Positions 8,208 to 17,965 are shown, counted from the stretch's first letter. The stretch is DNA of 64,000 nucleotides from a virus (IMGVR_UViG_3300037313_001751:1-64000); one strand, 5' to 3'. The notes: generated by a model not told the origin, from the sequence alone. Numbers and translations: made by a program.

Positions 8208-9005
8208 ATGCGCTATAGTTGCCAGCTACACATTGACATCCAATTTGCACGGCAGTACATCAGCTGTTGTTACCCTGTCAAGGACAGCATGATGGCATCC
8301 AATTTCAAAACCCAGCGCGACGATGACACAGACAGCTTCACTTCCCGGCTTGGCACTGCTTATCACATTGTGAGGGGCAGCAGAACAGCCGACCCACTTT
8401 ATATTGAGCTGCACAACCAGCAGCATATACTAGGATCGATTGACGCTATCATTGCGCGCGTGCTTCCACAACACAAGGGCGACACACTTGTTGGCGTTCG
8501 CGAACTTGCTGCTGAGTTGAAGGACACACGTGCCTCGTTGGAGGCGCGCCGGATTGAGCTCAGCGACGCAAACAAGACTATTGTCGCGGCCCAAAAAGAA
8601 CTTAAGGAGTTAAGAAATAAATTGGTTTCGACAGCTGACCAATCACAAACGCTTTTAGAAAAAGACGAGATTATTGTGAAACGCGGAGAAGAAATAGCAG
8701 ATCTTAACCACCAAAATGCGCAACTAACAGAGGAGAAAAATGCCATAAAAGCGGATTGTGATAAGCAGCTCGCCGAAGTAAAAAAGGAGCTCGAACAACT
8801 AAAAAAGGAGAAAAGCGAGCAGGCAGCGCAGCACACGCAACAAATAACTGGCATTAGTCAGCAACTCACGCAAGCGCAACAAGCATATGACAAACTCGGT
8901 GGAGAGATAAGAGCGCTGGTAACCGAAATCAATGCGAAGATCGATACGAAGCCTGCCCCTGACAGTATCGCTGACACAGGGTTCGCTTCACAATCAGTAA
9001 AGTAG
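8208..9005 (+). CDS. coiled-coil protein (Q/K/E-rich)
   Basis: 265 aa; long heptad region ELKELRNKLVS...EQLKKEKSEQAAQ; terminator downstream. Confidence 0.5.
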   Translation: MRYSCQLHIDIQFARQYISCCYPVKDSMMASNFKTQRDDDTDSFTSRLGTAYHIVRGSRTADPLYIELHNQQHILGSIDAIIARVLPQHKGDTLVGVRELAAELKDTRASLEARRIELSDANKTIVAAQKELKELRNKLVSTADQSQTLLEKDEIIVKRGEEIADLNHQNAQLTEEKNAIKADCDKQLAEVKKELEQLKKEKSEQAAQHTQQITGISQQLTQAQQAYDKLGGEIRALVTEINAKIDTKPAPDSIADTGFASQSVK

Positions 9006-9035
9006 GCCACCGCTTATGTAGGTTTCGTCAACTGA

Positions 9036-9072
9036 GCAAGAAGAGCATTGGCTCCTTGAAAAAGGAGCTTCT
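9036..9072 (+). terminator. rho-independent terminator
   Basis: GCTCCTT-GAAAA-AGGAGC hairpin followed by TTCTTTTTT. Confidence 0.55.
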
Positions 9073-9175
9073 TTTTTGAAGAAACCGATTTAACCTAGCA
9101 GAGTCTACGCAGCGAGCACGCATACTTAATATTGGGAGGCAATACACGAAAAATTTATCGTGCTAATTAGACAGT

Positions 9176-9691
9176 ATGAATGACTTTTTTGGAACAGGAA
9201 CTCGCGTTGCAATAGCCGTAACGGGTGCTATATCGGTAATAGCAGCAGTGGCCGGAGGGGCGATTACATTTTTTGTAACAAATGCGTCGCTTGCAAGCCA
9301 AGTTGCAGCAAATACCGCACGAATCAACACGATGCAAACTACGCTTGACGCTGTAGCTCAGTCAGCCAGTGGGTTGACAGCGCGCGTTGCAACCCTTGAA
9401 GGGAAGGTGACAAATGGTGATAGCAGATCATCTATCAATACGGAACGTATTGCTGCATTAAGGGCCGATGTAGTTAGGTTGATGGCAGATCTAAGAGAGG
9501 TGGAAACCCAATTCTGTGCATCAGATACAATTCGAAATCTGATGCATGCCAACGATCTGCGAATTTATTCATTGTTGTGGCAGAAAGTCTACAAATTTCC
9601 TTACCCAACCGACAATGCTTATTATCCTATGGTATGCAATCGTAACACGCAATCCAGTCTTGTAAGTAGCGAAATGAATGGCGAAAAATAG
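9176..9691 (+). CDS. membrane-anchored coiled-coil protein
   Basis: N-terminal TM (VAIAVTGAISVIAAVAGGAITFFV), then a helical repeat region. Confidence 0.45.
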   Translation: MNDFFGTGTRVAIAVTGAISVIAAVAGGAITFFVTNASLASQVAANTARINTMQTTLDAVAQSASGLTARVATLEGKVTNGDSRSSINTERIAALRADVVRLMADLREVETQFCASDTIRNLMHANDLRIYSLLWQKVYKFPYPTDNAYYPMVCNRNTQSSLVSSEMNGEK

Positions 9692-9738
9692 GTCTGCTGG
9701 AATACCTTTGTGTTCCATCCGCAGTTTCGATTGCTAAG

Positions 9739-10140
9739 CTACTCTGGGTTATCTTGATCACGCGACATTACATACCGCCGCACCTTGCGCGGATTGCTAT
9801 CGGCCACCACTTGAGTCTTAAGCTGTTCGATTTCAGCATCGGTAAGCGTTTCAGCCGCTACGATATAATTCCTGGCGTCATTAGTGGCGCGTATCAACTC
9901 ATCCAGCTTGACGTGGATAGCTGCGGTGTCTCTCGCTTGGCTATTTTGGAGCAGAAAGACCATCAAAAACGTCACTACTGTAGTTGCCGAATTGCAAACG
10001 AGTTGATAGGTATCAGACCAACCATAGTGTGGTCCTAAAGCCAACCAAACCACCATAGAAAGAGTGGCAAGAACAAATGTATGCGCTTTGCCAGCTTGCT
10101 TTGCAGCCCATTGAGCGAATTTGGAGAACCATTTATTCAT
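9739..10140 (-). CDS. small integral membrane protein, possibly low-affinity iron permease-like family
   Basis: 133 aa; core YQLVCNSATTVVTFLMVFLLQNSQARDTAAIHVKLDELI recalls the PF04120-type small permease signature, recalled from memory only. Confidence 0.45.
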   Translation of the reverse strand: MNKWFSKFAQWAAKQAGKAHTFVLATLSMVVWLALGPHYGWSDTYQLVCNSATTVVTFLMVFLLQNSQARDTAAIHVKLDELIRATNDARNYIVAAETLTDAEIEQLKTQVVADSNPRKVRRYVMSRDQDNPE

Positions 10141-10571
10141 TATCTGGTCCTCACGATCTTTTTAAATTTGTCTACCTCATCGTTATGGATGAGAACTGGT
10201 GCATATCGGTGGCCCATCTGGAAGGCAACATATAGCCGATGTCGGCCATTGCCGATCGATACAGGATGGTTTACGCGAGTTGGACTATCGTTGATCGACA
10301 CTTCAGCAGGATCCATATATCCACCGGACTTCCAATGTTCGGCAGCTCGTGGTATGCGCTTTCCAATCGCATTTTCGCCGCCTGTTGGATCATTTAAATC
10401 TAGCCGTGAATACCGATCTGTCAGCCTGAACATATCCTCGATATTAGCGTTGAGGATGGTGTATTCCGGATTTTTCTGATACCATTTGTTAGAAACACTT
10501 TTGTCTAGGTGTTGTCCAACAGCCCATCGAACATGATCGTCATCACGTTCATATATTTCAGCAAACCGCAT
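10140..10571 (-). CDS. ParB/sulfiredoxin-like nuclease-domain protein, tentative
   Basis: 143 aa; SIGNGRHRLYVAFQMG resembles the ParB N-terminal GxxRxxA motif. Confidence 0.4.
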   Translation of the reverse strand: MRFAEIYERDDDHVRWAVGQHLDKSVSNKWYQKNPEYTILNANIEDMFRLTDRYSRLDLNDPTGGENAIGKRIPRAAEHWKSGGYMDPAEVSINDSPTRVNHPVSIGNGRHRLYVAFQMGHRYAPVLIHNDEVDKFKKIVRTR

Positions 10572-10650
10572 CGCGCCTCCCGCAATTTATTCTTATATTT
10601 ACTGCAGGCGTTGGACGGTGTGCGCCTCGACGCAAAACTTACTAAATGTA

Positions 10651-10723
10651 TGACCTTGGCGGGACTTGAACCCAGCATTTTCCGCTTGAAAGGCGGCTCT
10701 CCGGACCTTTAGAGGACAAGGTC
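10651..10723 (-). tRNA. tRNA-Glu (anticodon UUC), probable
   Basis: Acceptor GACCTTG/CAAGGTC perfect, D arm CTCT-...-AGAG, anticodon loop CTTTCAA, T loop TTCAAGT. Confidence 0.6.
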
Positions 10724-10908
10724 ACAAATGTTAATCAGTAATCCACATCAACAATTGCCATGCGACTTGAATTCCTTTTTCAATTAGATCTAGATCTACA
10801 TGACGAACAAAGATTGCAACAACAAGAACGCCGACCAGAATTTGGACAACGGGATCTTTTACCGCACGGATAACAATCTCGCTAAGCACTACTACTCTCC
10901 TCGTTTGC

Positions 10909-11133
10909 TTACACTTTACGTTTGTGTTGACGGGACACGGTCAATTTGACAAAAATTGCCGCGACACCTACTATTTCAACACAACTTGCAAGAAACTGCA
11001 CTAACCAAGGATTATAGCCAATACTCATTGCGACTAAGCCAGCGATAGTAGGTATACAAAGGATGAGAATTAGGAGCTGCATATTGCGATCTTTGAACGC
11101 TGCGCGCAGCCCTGCATTCATCGCTGCCTCCAA
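10909..11133 (-). CDS. small membrane protein
   Basis: 74 aa with two hydrophobic helices. Confidence 0.3.
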   Translation of the reverse strand: MEAAMNAGLRAAFKDRNMQLLILILCIPTIAGLVAMSIGYNPWLVQFLASCVEIVGVAAIFVKLTVSRQHKRKV

Positions 11134-11136
11134 GAA

Positions 11137-11346
11137 CTACAGACGAAATGGATTGGTTAGAATTGTTATTGAGTGGCCACGTCTGCCACATTCCTTGCAC
11201 CGCAAAGGCAAATGTATCAACGGCGTATCTCCATGACCAGACTTTACCAGTGCTTCTAGATCAAGCTTAACATTATGGTCACAATATCTACAAGTCGCTA
11301 TTACGACATGGAGGTTGAGATATTGCCGCGGCGTTGGTAATTCCAT
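11137..11346 (-). CDS. small zinc-ribbon protein (CxxC...CxxC)
   Basis: C-terminal 70 aa of the 150-aa track ORF starting at MELPTP: CRYCDHNV...CKECGRRGH; the upstream part of that ORF conflicts with a better signal-peptide ORF. Confidence 0.35.
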   Translation of the reverse strand: MELPTPRQYLNLHVVIATCRYCDHNVKLDLEALVKSGHGDTPLIHLPLRCKECGRRGHSITILTNPFRL

Positions 11347-11350
11347 CACA

Positions 11351-11614
11351 CTACCTGCAACACCATCCATGACCGCAATAAAACCGACTGCCATACTCAC
11401 AACGCCAACGGTGTGGATACTCGCTGTAGCGATGTGGCGGCGGACGATAATACCCCGGAGGGGGTGGCGGAGGGTAGCCGGGATAGTAGTGGGGCCCATA
11501 GTAGGGTTGAGGTGGGGCATTATAGTAATCAGCGCTCGCGCCGTTCCAGGTAATGCCCGAAGCAAGTGCAGCAATAGCCAATGAACCAAAAACTCGTAAT
11601 AGCATTTTTACCAA
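11351..11614 (-). CDS. secreted Pro/Tyr-rich small protein
   Basis: Signal peptide MVKMLLRVFGSLAIAALASG, then YYNAPPQPYYGPHYYPGYPPPPPPGYY and C-terminal Cys cluster. Confidence 0.4.
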   Translation of the reverse strand: MVKMLLRVFGSLAIAALASGITWNGASADYYNAPPQPYYGPHYYPGYPPPPPPGYYRPPPHRYSEYPHRWRCEYGSRFYCGHGWCCR

Positions 11615-11747
11615 TCTCCTGTTACTAAACGCGATAACGCCAGTGAGCCAGATAAGTTACAGAAATATTTTGGCGCTTAAGGGGGTAACCAGACACCAAA
11701 ATGATGTGACCCAACTAGGTTTTCCAATCACCGTAATTTAATAAATG

Positions 11748-12314
11748 TTATAGTTTCACAAATTCCTGCCTAACCAGTTCGAAGGTTTTATACGTTTTGC
11801 CATCTTGCGTCCGGATAAAGACATCGGGATTCTCCTCAAGAAACAGTTTTAAAATTGTCATAGCTCTTACCACAGGTATCTCACTAGTGGATTCAACTGG
11901 GCGTGCCGAAACATCTGCTTGTTCATGCTCGCTTTCACTCACGTTGGCTGCCGTCATCGGGAATATCAGCAGTTCGTTATGTTCGCCACCACGTGTTGGT
12001 TCGCTAGTGAATGGGCTAAATGGCGTTTGTGGTGCGCCCTCGATACGTGACGCAGCAACCTGCAAATAGACCATAGTACGCGAGCCTTTAGTTTGTGCCG
12101 TAAACGCCGGACCCTCTGATTCTGTTCCTATATTCGGATCCTCGTCCTTACGCCGGAAAACAAGCCCTTCATGCCAAGAGCCATACAACGTCACATGATT
12201 ACCGACGATGTCGATTGACTTGAATACCTCCTGTACTTCACGTTGATTAAACGAGAATTTAATGGTAAACCTGTTGTTCGACCGGTAGCTGCTAACGCGC
12301 ATAACATCCTCCAT
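11748..12314 (-). CDS. hypothetical protein
   Basis: 188-aa ORF. Confidence 0.5.
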   Translation of the reverse strand: MEDVMRVSSYRSNNRFTIKFSFNQREVQEVFKSIDIVGNHVTLYGSWHEGLVFRRKDEDPNIGTESEGPAFTAQTKGSRTMVYLQVAASRIEGAPQTPFSPFTSEPTRGGEHNELLIFPMTAANVSESEHEQADVSARPVESTSEIPVVRAMTILKLFLEENPDVFIRTQDGKTYKTFELVRQEFVKL

Positions 12315-12518
12315 GTAGTTGCAAACTACATGGCAATATAGTTACGTCAAGTGCTGTAGCTATGCTGCTTGGAAGTTTCCACACCTTCCTCCGAGCCTTA
12401 AAAGGGCCCTTGTGCCCCAGGGATACCGATTGTCATGAACACAGTCCCTAAGCGACATAGCTTTGCGCCTTTATTGAAGCGCCGATCCTGTGGTTCGCAC
12501 TGACCGCCATGAATAGGC

Positions 12519-12869
12519 TCATTGTGTTGCTGGCGGCGATAGTTCGACATACGGGTCACACCTTCCATCTGTCACTGTGCCCGAAAACAAATTGCCAAAC
12601 AATGGCCGTGAAATATGACCTTTGAACGTGACGGTAGGGTTGTCACCCACGCTAGCTCCCTGTAGGTAACCATCAGCATCAACTGTTCCATTAATGCGGT
12701 AGCTATAAACGTAAAGGTTGAACCGGCCGTTGTAGACAACAGCAGTTATTGCTGAAGTACGGTTGCACTTGTCCTCCTTTGCAATTCCTGAATACCTACC
12801 ATCATAGTGCTCAGGCGGCAGCGTACCGCACGCTCCTAACGCAAGCACCAGCAACAAAGTATATCGCAT
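12519..12869 (-). CDS. lipoprotein
   Basis: MRYTLLLVLALGAC: signal peptide with lipobox (LGAC). Confidence 0.55.
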   Translation of the reverse strand: MRYTLLLVLALGACGTLPPEHYDGRYSGIAKEDKCNRTSAITAVVYNGRFNLYVYSYRINGTVDADGYLQGASVGDNPTVTFKGHISRPLFGNLFSGTVTDGRCDPYVELSPPATQ

Positions 12870-12950
12870 GTTTCATCCTAACGTGTGCATTAGTGCCCCT
12901 ATAACAGGTCTACAGCTTTAAAAACAACTTTTGCACTGCTATGATTAGCA

Positions 12951-13160
12951 ATGGACACAGATAGCGATAACGATGATTTACGAGCCAAACTGCATCCCTC
13001 GTTTGAACGGGTTGGACGACGGCGTCTAACTGAGGAGGAGTTGATTGATGTATACCAAAAGGCATACAATGATGCGTCCGACATTATCCATAAGGATGCT
13101 GCTGGCGCTAGGTTGGCCCAGTTGAAAAGCCTGTTTGCACGGCGTCCCAAACCTTTCTAG
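12951..13160 (+). CDS. small hypothetical protein
   Basis: 69-aa ORF, acidic N-terminus. Confidence 0.3.
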   Translation: MDTDSDNDDLRAKLHPSFERVGRRRLTEEELIDVYQKAYNDASDIIHKDAAGARLAQLKSLFARRPKPF

Positions 13161-13243
13161 GGATGAACTTCGGTGGAACGCCATATCCCTGTTTAAATAA
13201 CACAGATTTTCAAAATCACCAGATTGTCGTTCCTCCACATATG

Positions 13244-13319
13244 TGGTGCCCCCGACGAGATTCGAACTCCCAGCCTTAGGTTTAGAACACTTGCGCTCTA
13301 CCAATTGAGCTACGGAGGC
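13244..13319 (-). tRNA. tRNA, probably Arg (anticodon UCU); weak anticodon stem
   Basis: Acceptor GCCTCCG/CGGGGGC, D arm GCTC-AATTGGTA-GAGC, T loop TTCGAAT, encoded CCA; anticodon loop GTTCTAA but stem CAAGT/ACCTA pairs poorly. Confidence 0.55.
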
Positions 13320-13382
13320 TTATCATTGTCTTGACTACAGCTATGCCATACATATACTTAGTTGGTGACTAAGGAGGGTAAA

Positions 13383-13712
13383 GTGATCGATTTTAAACAA
13401 CCTGGGCGCACGCTTAGCACATCGAAAGCGATGTATCGCCGGACACATCCAGATCACAACATCGTATTTGGTGCTGTCTTGGCAAGTAAACAAGCAGGAC
13501 AAATCTGGCATGGCGATATAGACCTTGACGAGTCGTCCGACGCAGAAAGCCTGAAGTCTCTTGCAAGACGTCTTAACCAAGAGATTTATGTATTCAGAGC
13601 AATGGATGCGCGCTCAAGGCGCACTGATGAGATTAGCTGGGACCGTTTTGTCGTCGTTGTTCGGCCACGTGGTGACATTATTCCAAATGTCAGTGAGAAT
13701 TATTGTCAATAA
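13383..13712 (+). CDS. hypothetical protein
   Basis: ORF-track start is TTG at 13362; GTG at 13383 preceded by AAGGAGG at 13372-13378 is the likelier start. Confidence 0.45.
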   Translation: MIDFKQPGRTLSTSKAMYRRTHPDHNIVFGAVLASKQAGQIWHGDIDLDESSDAESLKSLARRLNQEIYVFRAMDARSRRTDEISWDRFVVVVRPRGDIIPNVSENYCQ

Positions 13713-14319
13713 TAAACGCGAGAATGCTTGCTGCCTTTTGCATATCCGCAAAGTAGTTTAAAGGATCACGGGCGTCGGTGCCTTCTGGCCAAAACACAAA
13801 AAGCGCCCCCAGGAAATTGTCGTCTCGCATGATTGGGCAGACGTCGAAGGCGCCAACACCCATACTATGCAAACGCTCGCGGCTAGAAGATTCTTGCTGA
13901 TCATCAACTAGCTGATAGCTACACTTGCCTTCCAACAACTGCGGCAAATAGGTTGACCAGTTGGTTATCGGAAGATTCTTCACGAGTGGTCCTGGACCAT
14001 TCTTAAAGGATCGGACGGACCGTGCCGCGATCACTGTCCAGGTAAAGTGCGGCAAAGTGTTTGCCACAGTTTCGTGTGAGGAGATGTTTGAGACACGAGC
14101 TACAACTGCGCCGTCAATATTTTTTAATGTGTTATCCAGTATCGATTCGATCAAATGCGATTTTTCTGCGTCGTCCCGGGAGAACAAATTGCCGTATAAA
14201 GAATAGGCTGGCTTATGTAATAAGCCGTGAATCGTGACGCTAATTGAAAACACAACAACCACTACGGGCAAGATTGTCCATGCAAGGACACGCTTGAGGA
14301 ATCTTGTCCTAAAGTCCAT
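13690..14319 (-). CDS. membrane-anchored hypothetical protein
   Basis: 209 aa; N-terminal TM WTILPVVVVVFSISVTI. Confidence 0.5.
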   Translation of the reverse strand: MDFRTRFLKRVLAWTILPVVVVVFSISVTIHGLLHKPAYSLYGNLFSRDDAEKSHLIESILDNTLKNIDGAVVARVSNISSHETVANTLPHFTWTVIAARSVRSFKNGPGPLVKNLPITNWSTYLPQLLEGKCSYQLVDDQQESSSRERLHSMGVGAFDVCPIMRDDNFLGALFVFWPEGTDARDPLNYFADMQKAASILAFIIDNNSH

Positions 14320-14584
14320 CTCATATCCAACTGACTGAAATAATAGTAGTAATTATCCATGCTTATTTCAATTTGGGGTGACTGGAGGTAATCGAAACCT
14401 CGCTAACACGGCCACATCGTGTCGTGCAAATCCACTACACTACAGTCACCATAACTTGGCTAAAGCAAATCCATGGTATGTTTTTGACAGGCAACCGCAC
14501 GGACTGCTGTTGGGGCTGCTGCATACATGCAAGCATCGCAAACGTTGTAGTTTTTCTACGCCGCATTGAGCGACTGGACCGCCT

Positions 14585-14953
14585 TCAGGCCAGCCCATCG
14601 TCGATCCGCTTAAGGGCTGCGTCTGTCAGCTCTTGTTTGATGTCGATTTGGTCGCCCGTATCTCGTATTTTGCGCAGGGTGTCGTCGATCTCCCCTAATA
14701 CACGGCCGAGTGTCTTCCCGGTCTGATCTGGTGCCGGGATGCGCATAGCAATGAGTTCCCACCGTTGCACGAACATTGGGACAAAATGGCCGCGAGGTTG
14801 CTGTTCAGTGCCCATGATGTGATCACCAACATCATATGCAGTATGGCCAAATCGTTGAGTTTGAAACGTGTAACGCTCCTGGTGGCTCACCGGCACATTA
14901 GCAAGCCATACTTCCCCCTCTTGTGCTTCGGGGTGCGGTAATCCATAAGGCAT
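14585..14953 (-). CDS. hypothetical protein
   Basis: 122-aa ORF. Confidence 0.45.
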   Translation of the reverse strand: MPYGLPHPEAQEGEVWLANVPVSHQERYTFQTQRFGHTAYDVGDHIMGTEQQPRGHFVPMFVQRWELIAMRIPAPDQTGKTLGRVLGEIDDTLRKIRDTGDQIDIKQELTDAALKRIDDGLA

Positions 14954-15229
14954 TGGACTGTCCTTTTATCATGCATCGCGAGCGTAGCATTGCGCTGTGG
15001 AAGGTCAACCTGACTAACCGTCAACATAGCCATAGGGAAAGTGCAACGTGTTGCTAGCCGTTGCTATCCAGCATACACCGTGCTATCGGCACGGTCCGAG
15101 CGGGAGCAGTTGGTCAAGTACGTTAATTTATCGATTACGTAAAAAGGACGCACCTGCGTTAAACAAAGTGTTGTCAGAACCATTTGCTAGCATCTAGGCC
15201 CGGTACCCATCCGCACATTTATTGCGTAA

Positions 15230-15595
15230 TTAGGAATACCAAGCGAAACGGCAACCAGGTGGACAAATAGACTCTGCCTGCGCACACGATTGGACGAATT
15301 GCTCAACTATTCGCCGCCTTTGTTCAATTTCAAGATCAGCAACGTTGTCGGGATAGATCCAACTGTATAATTCAGGCAGGGCGACAGCCTCGTCGTTTAT
15401 CAGAACAGTGTTCTGGTCCACGATGATATGCACACCGGTTATACCTGTGTCCTTTTCAAATTGGGCGTGCGATTCCCAGCCAGCCTCTGGTAACACTGCG
15501 TAGCTGTTGTCTTGCGTGAGCACAACGCGTTTCCTCATATCAAATCTCCTATTTCCTATGCAACAAAGCATAGCAAGACTTAACAGGCAAAACAA
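15230..15595 (-). CDS. hypothetical protein
   Basis: 121-aa ORF. Confidence 0.45.
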   Translation of the reverse strand: MFCLLSLAMLCCIGNRRFDMRKRVVLTQDNSYAVLPEAGWESHAQFEKDTGITGVHIIVDQNTVLINDEAVALPELYSWIYPDNVADLEIEQRRRIVEQFVQSCAQAESICPPGCRFAWYS

Positions 15596-15736
15596 GGATC
15601 GACTGGTGGACAGTTATCGGATGCTGGACTGCGCCGTTGCCAGCACAACGAACTGGATTGATTTTGCGAAGTCTTGGCGCCAGGCCATATCCGAATGTCG
15701 GAGTTTAAGCTATCATCTGAGGATGACAATGTAAAA

Positions 15737-15808
15737 TGGGCGGCGAAAGAATCGAACTTTCACCCCGGGTTTATGAGACCCACGCACTTACCAATGTGCT
15801 AGCCGCCC
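15737..15808 (-). tRNA. tRNA-Met/Ile2 (anticodon CAU)
   Basis: Acceptor GGGCGGC/GCCGCCC perfect, D arm GCAC-ATTGGTAA-GTGC, anticodon stem TGGGT/ACCCG with loop CTCATAA, T arm GAAAG-TTCGATT-CTTTC. Confidence 0.7.
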
Positions 15809-15832
15809 GCCTAACCTTGTATCCTTTTCCTC

Positions 15833-16027
15833 CTAGAATGCTATCATCGACCTTATAGTGTAGCTATATAAAACGGTCAACAAAAGCGCTATTATCAATC
15901 CTGCCATTATGCCAAACAGAAATTCGACACCTGACAGAAGCCTTTTATATCGCCTATATGCGAACCACCCAATAACGCAAGCTACGACAGCAAACAGTAC
16001 CTCAATGAGGAAGAAAGGGCCTAACAT
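15833..16027 (-). CDS. small membrane protein
   Basis: 64 aa, two hydrophobic helices. Confidence 0.3.
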   Translation of the reverse strand: MLGPFFLIEVLFAVVACVIGWFAYRRYKRLLSGVEFLFGIMAGLIIALLLTVLYSYTIRSMIAF

Positions 16028-16084
16028 CCGAACACCTTATGTTGCTTACGCATTATACGATGTTCAAATAGCTAAGCAAACGTC

Positions 16085-16327
16085 TTACCTAACAAATGGG
16101 CCTTTCTGTTGCTCCTTGGTGGCTTTTGCATCACCAGCTTGCGTACTAGTGTTACCTGGCAATACTGTAGTTCCGGTATCGCCAGGGACATGGCTTAGGC
16201 CTTTGTGCATGCCATCAGCTGACTCAAATTGTTCAGGTGGTACATTGCGGGGGTCTGTAGTGCTGACCTGAGCAAAGCCAACCAAAGGCACAAAATAAAG
16301 AGATATAACCAATAACCGGCCAAACAT
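16085..16327 (-). CDS. small secreted protein
   Basis: Signal peptide MFGRLLVISLYFVPLVGFAQ. Confidence 0.4.
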   Translation of the reverse strand: MFGRLLVISLYFVPLVGFAQVSTTDPRNVPPEQFESADGMHKGLSHVPGDTGTTVLPGNTSTQAGDAKATKEQQKGPFVR

Positions 16328-16372
16328 TAAAATACCTTTCTAAAATGGAGCGGCTCGAGGGATGCGAACTGC

Positions 16373-16600
16373 TTAAGCCCACCTGCGTCGCAACTCGTCC
16401 AGTTCAACACGATAGGACAAAGTCACCAAAGTGGCTGCTTCGTCTGCCGTATCAACTACGGTCTCGCTTACCGATAAAATGGCTCCTTGGCGTGCTTCAA
16501 TACTTTCCATTAATTTATTAATCTGCTCTTCCTTCATAGCACGCAGATCGCCAATTGATCCAATGTGTGGAAATGCTATTACTTTAACTCTAATTGCCAT
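16373..16600 (-). CDS. hypothetical protein
   Basis: 75-aa ORF. Confidence 0.4.
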   Translation of the reverse strand: MAIRVKVIAFPHIGSIGDLRAMKEEQINKLMESIEARQGAILSVSETVVDTADEAATLVTLSYRVELDELRRRWA

Positions 16601-16653
16601 TTAAAGTCCTTAAAAACATGGTCCATAACCGACGGCTTGGCTCCAGGAAACGA

Positions 16654-16729
16654 TGGCACCGGTGGGGAGCATCGACCTCCCAACCTGCGGGTTTGGAATC
16701 CGCTGCTCTACCAATTGAGCTACACCGGC
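16654..16729 (-). tRNA. tRNA-Trp (anticodon CCA)
   Basis: Acceptor GCCGGTG/CACCGGT, D arm GCTC-AATTGGTA-GAGC, anticodon loop TTCCAAA, encoded CCA; ORF-track entry 16610..16804 overlaps it and is spurious. Confidence 0.65.
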
Positions 16730-16809
16730 ATAATGTTTGGTTCTGGAGGTTAGCCGCGCGCTAACTCTTCGCTTAATGCCACCCATCGGTCGTAGGGTGT
16801 CCATTTGTT

Positions 16810-16887
16810 TGGTGCCCCCAGTGGGAGTTCAACCCACCTTTCTGCCTTGAGGGGGCAGCGTTCTCAGCGACCATAAACTATGGGGGC
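16810..16887 (-). tRNA. tRNA-like element with non-canonical loops (anticodon loop CCCUCAA: C33, nominal anticodon CUC)
   Basis: Perfect acceptor GCCCCCA/TGGGGGC with discriminator A and encoded CCA; D arm GTTT-(11 nt)-GAAC; anticodon stem CTGCC/GGCAG; T arm GTGGG-TTGAACT-CCCAC lacking the canonical C56. Confidence 0.4.
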
Positions 16888-16896
16888 AATTGCAGT

Positions 16897-17226
16897 TCAG
16901 TCTGGCCACCGTGTTTGGTTTATTGTTGCTATTCTAGATCGGGTTGCATCACGCCGGAGGCAGCCGCAGGACCGCGTATAACCCTGCCGCAAGTGATGTG
17001 AGCTAACCACCGTCGTCTGCCCGCAAGCGCATTCACAAGTCCAAGTCGTATAGCCACGCTTTGAACCTGCTCGCTCAGTTACCGATAAACGTCCAAATTG
17101 AATGCCACATAGGTTCAGCGGTCGCACAACTGAGGCCAGCCCTAATACCACCCCCAGTAATGACGGTGGTATGGAGGAGGAGCATATGGAGGTGGCACTA
17201 CAATGCATCCTGTGAGCAAGCCACAT
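16897..17226 (-). CDS. Cys-rich hypothetical protein (possible zinc binding)
   Basis: TCECACGQ...CGCLRR cysteine cluster. Confidence 0.4.
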   Translation of the reverse strand: MWLAHRMHCSATSICSSSIPPSLLGVVLGLASVVRPLNLCGIQFGRLSVTERAGSKRGYTTWTCECACGQTTVVSSHHLRQGYTRSCGCLRRDATRSRIATINQTRWPD

Positions 17227-17452
17227 ATGAGTGCCATCACCATAGCTTTAAACATTGACTGTTCCTTGTTGCCACGTTGATTCTTTAACTATCCTCGCTG
17301 CGGTATATAACAGTGCAGGCCGCATGTCACCTATCAGCATATCGCCTTCTGGTGGGTTCAAAATTTCATCGGCCAGCTGTATAAGGCAGTTTTCTATTTC
17401 TTCTTTTGTGATTGGATGTGTAGCGATATTACGCATAAAAACTCCGGTGAAC

Positions 17453-17965
17453 TTATAACTTTAATAACCTTTTTGCCAATAGGCTCCTTTCACGTGCTAA
17501 TTGCTTCCACGATGCAGGATGCTTGCCGTCGTCAATTCCATTTATCTGGTTGATGGCCTTTTCGAAAACATAAAGCGCTAGGTCACGCCACGTTTTGCTC
17601 CTACGCAATAGCGGACGCAACGCATCAAGCTTAAGGTTTTCGCGTTCTTGCTGGCTAAGACCAAGTGGCAACCATTTTGCTGGAATTGAACGGTCGCCAG
17701 CTTCAAATAAATGCACTGCCTTCTTGCTGAGAATCATCTCACCGAAACGGTACTGGTAGTCGGCCTTTTTGGCATTTTGCTGCCGCTTCTTTTCAGCATC
17801 CAGGGCCTTCTTTGTTTCCTCATCGCGTTTTAGGTTCTTGTCCAGAACAGCAATATTCAACAAGGTGTCTGCGTGTGGTAGGATGCCGCCATATGTTTTA
17901 GTGGGGTTTTGATATGAAAGCTTTCTAAATTTCGGCATAACCGTCCTCGTGTTAGAAGAGCACAT
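17453..17965 (-). CDS. hypothetical protein
   Basis: 170-aa ORF, basic. Confidence 0.45.
   Translation of the reverse strand: MCSSNTRTVMPKFRKLSYQNPTKTYGGILPHADTLLNIAVLDKNLKRDEETKKALDAEKKRQQNAKKADYQYRFGEMILSKKAVHLFEAGDRSIPAKWLPLGLSQQERENLKLDALRPLLRRSKTWRDLALYVFEKAINQINGIDDGKHPASWKQLARERSLLAKRLLKL

Noticed and set aside
8399-8854. 151-aa Cys/Ser-rich antisense ORF inside the coiled-coil gene 8208..9005
   Set aside because: Low-complexity mirror translation of a Q/K/E-rich sense gene. The sense ORF has a terminator and coding-like composition.
11137-11589. Full 150-aa minus-strand ORF as listed
   Set aside because: Its N-terminal half overlaps, in another frame, a better ORF (11351..11614) with a canonical signal peptide. 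Only the C-terminal zinc-ribbon part from the internal Met is retained.
16565-16804. ORFs 16565..16753 (+) and 16610..16804 (-)
   Set aside because: They overlap tRNA-Trp and the tRNA-like element. The GAVV and GIK-rich translations are typical of tRNA sequence.
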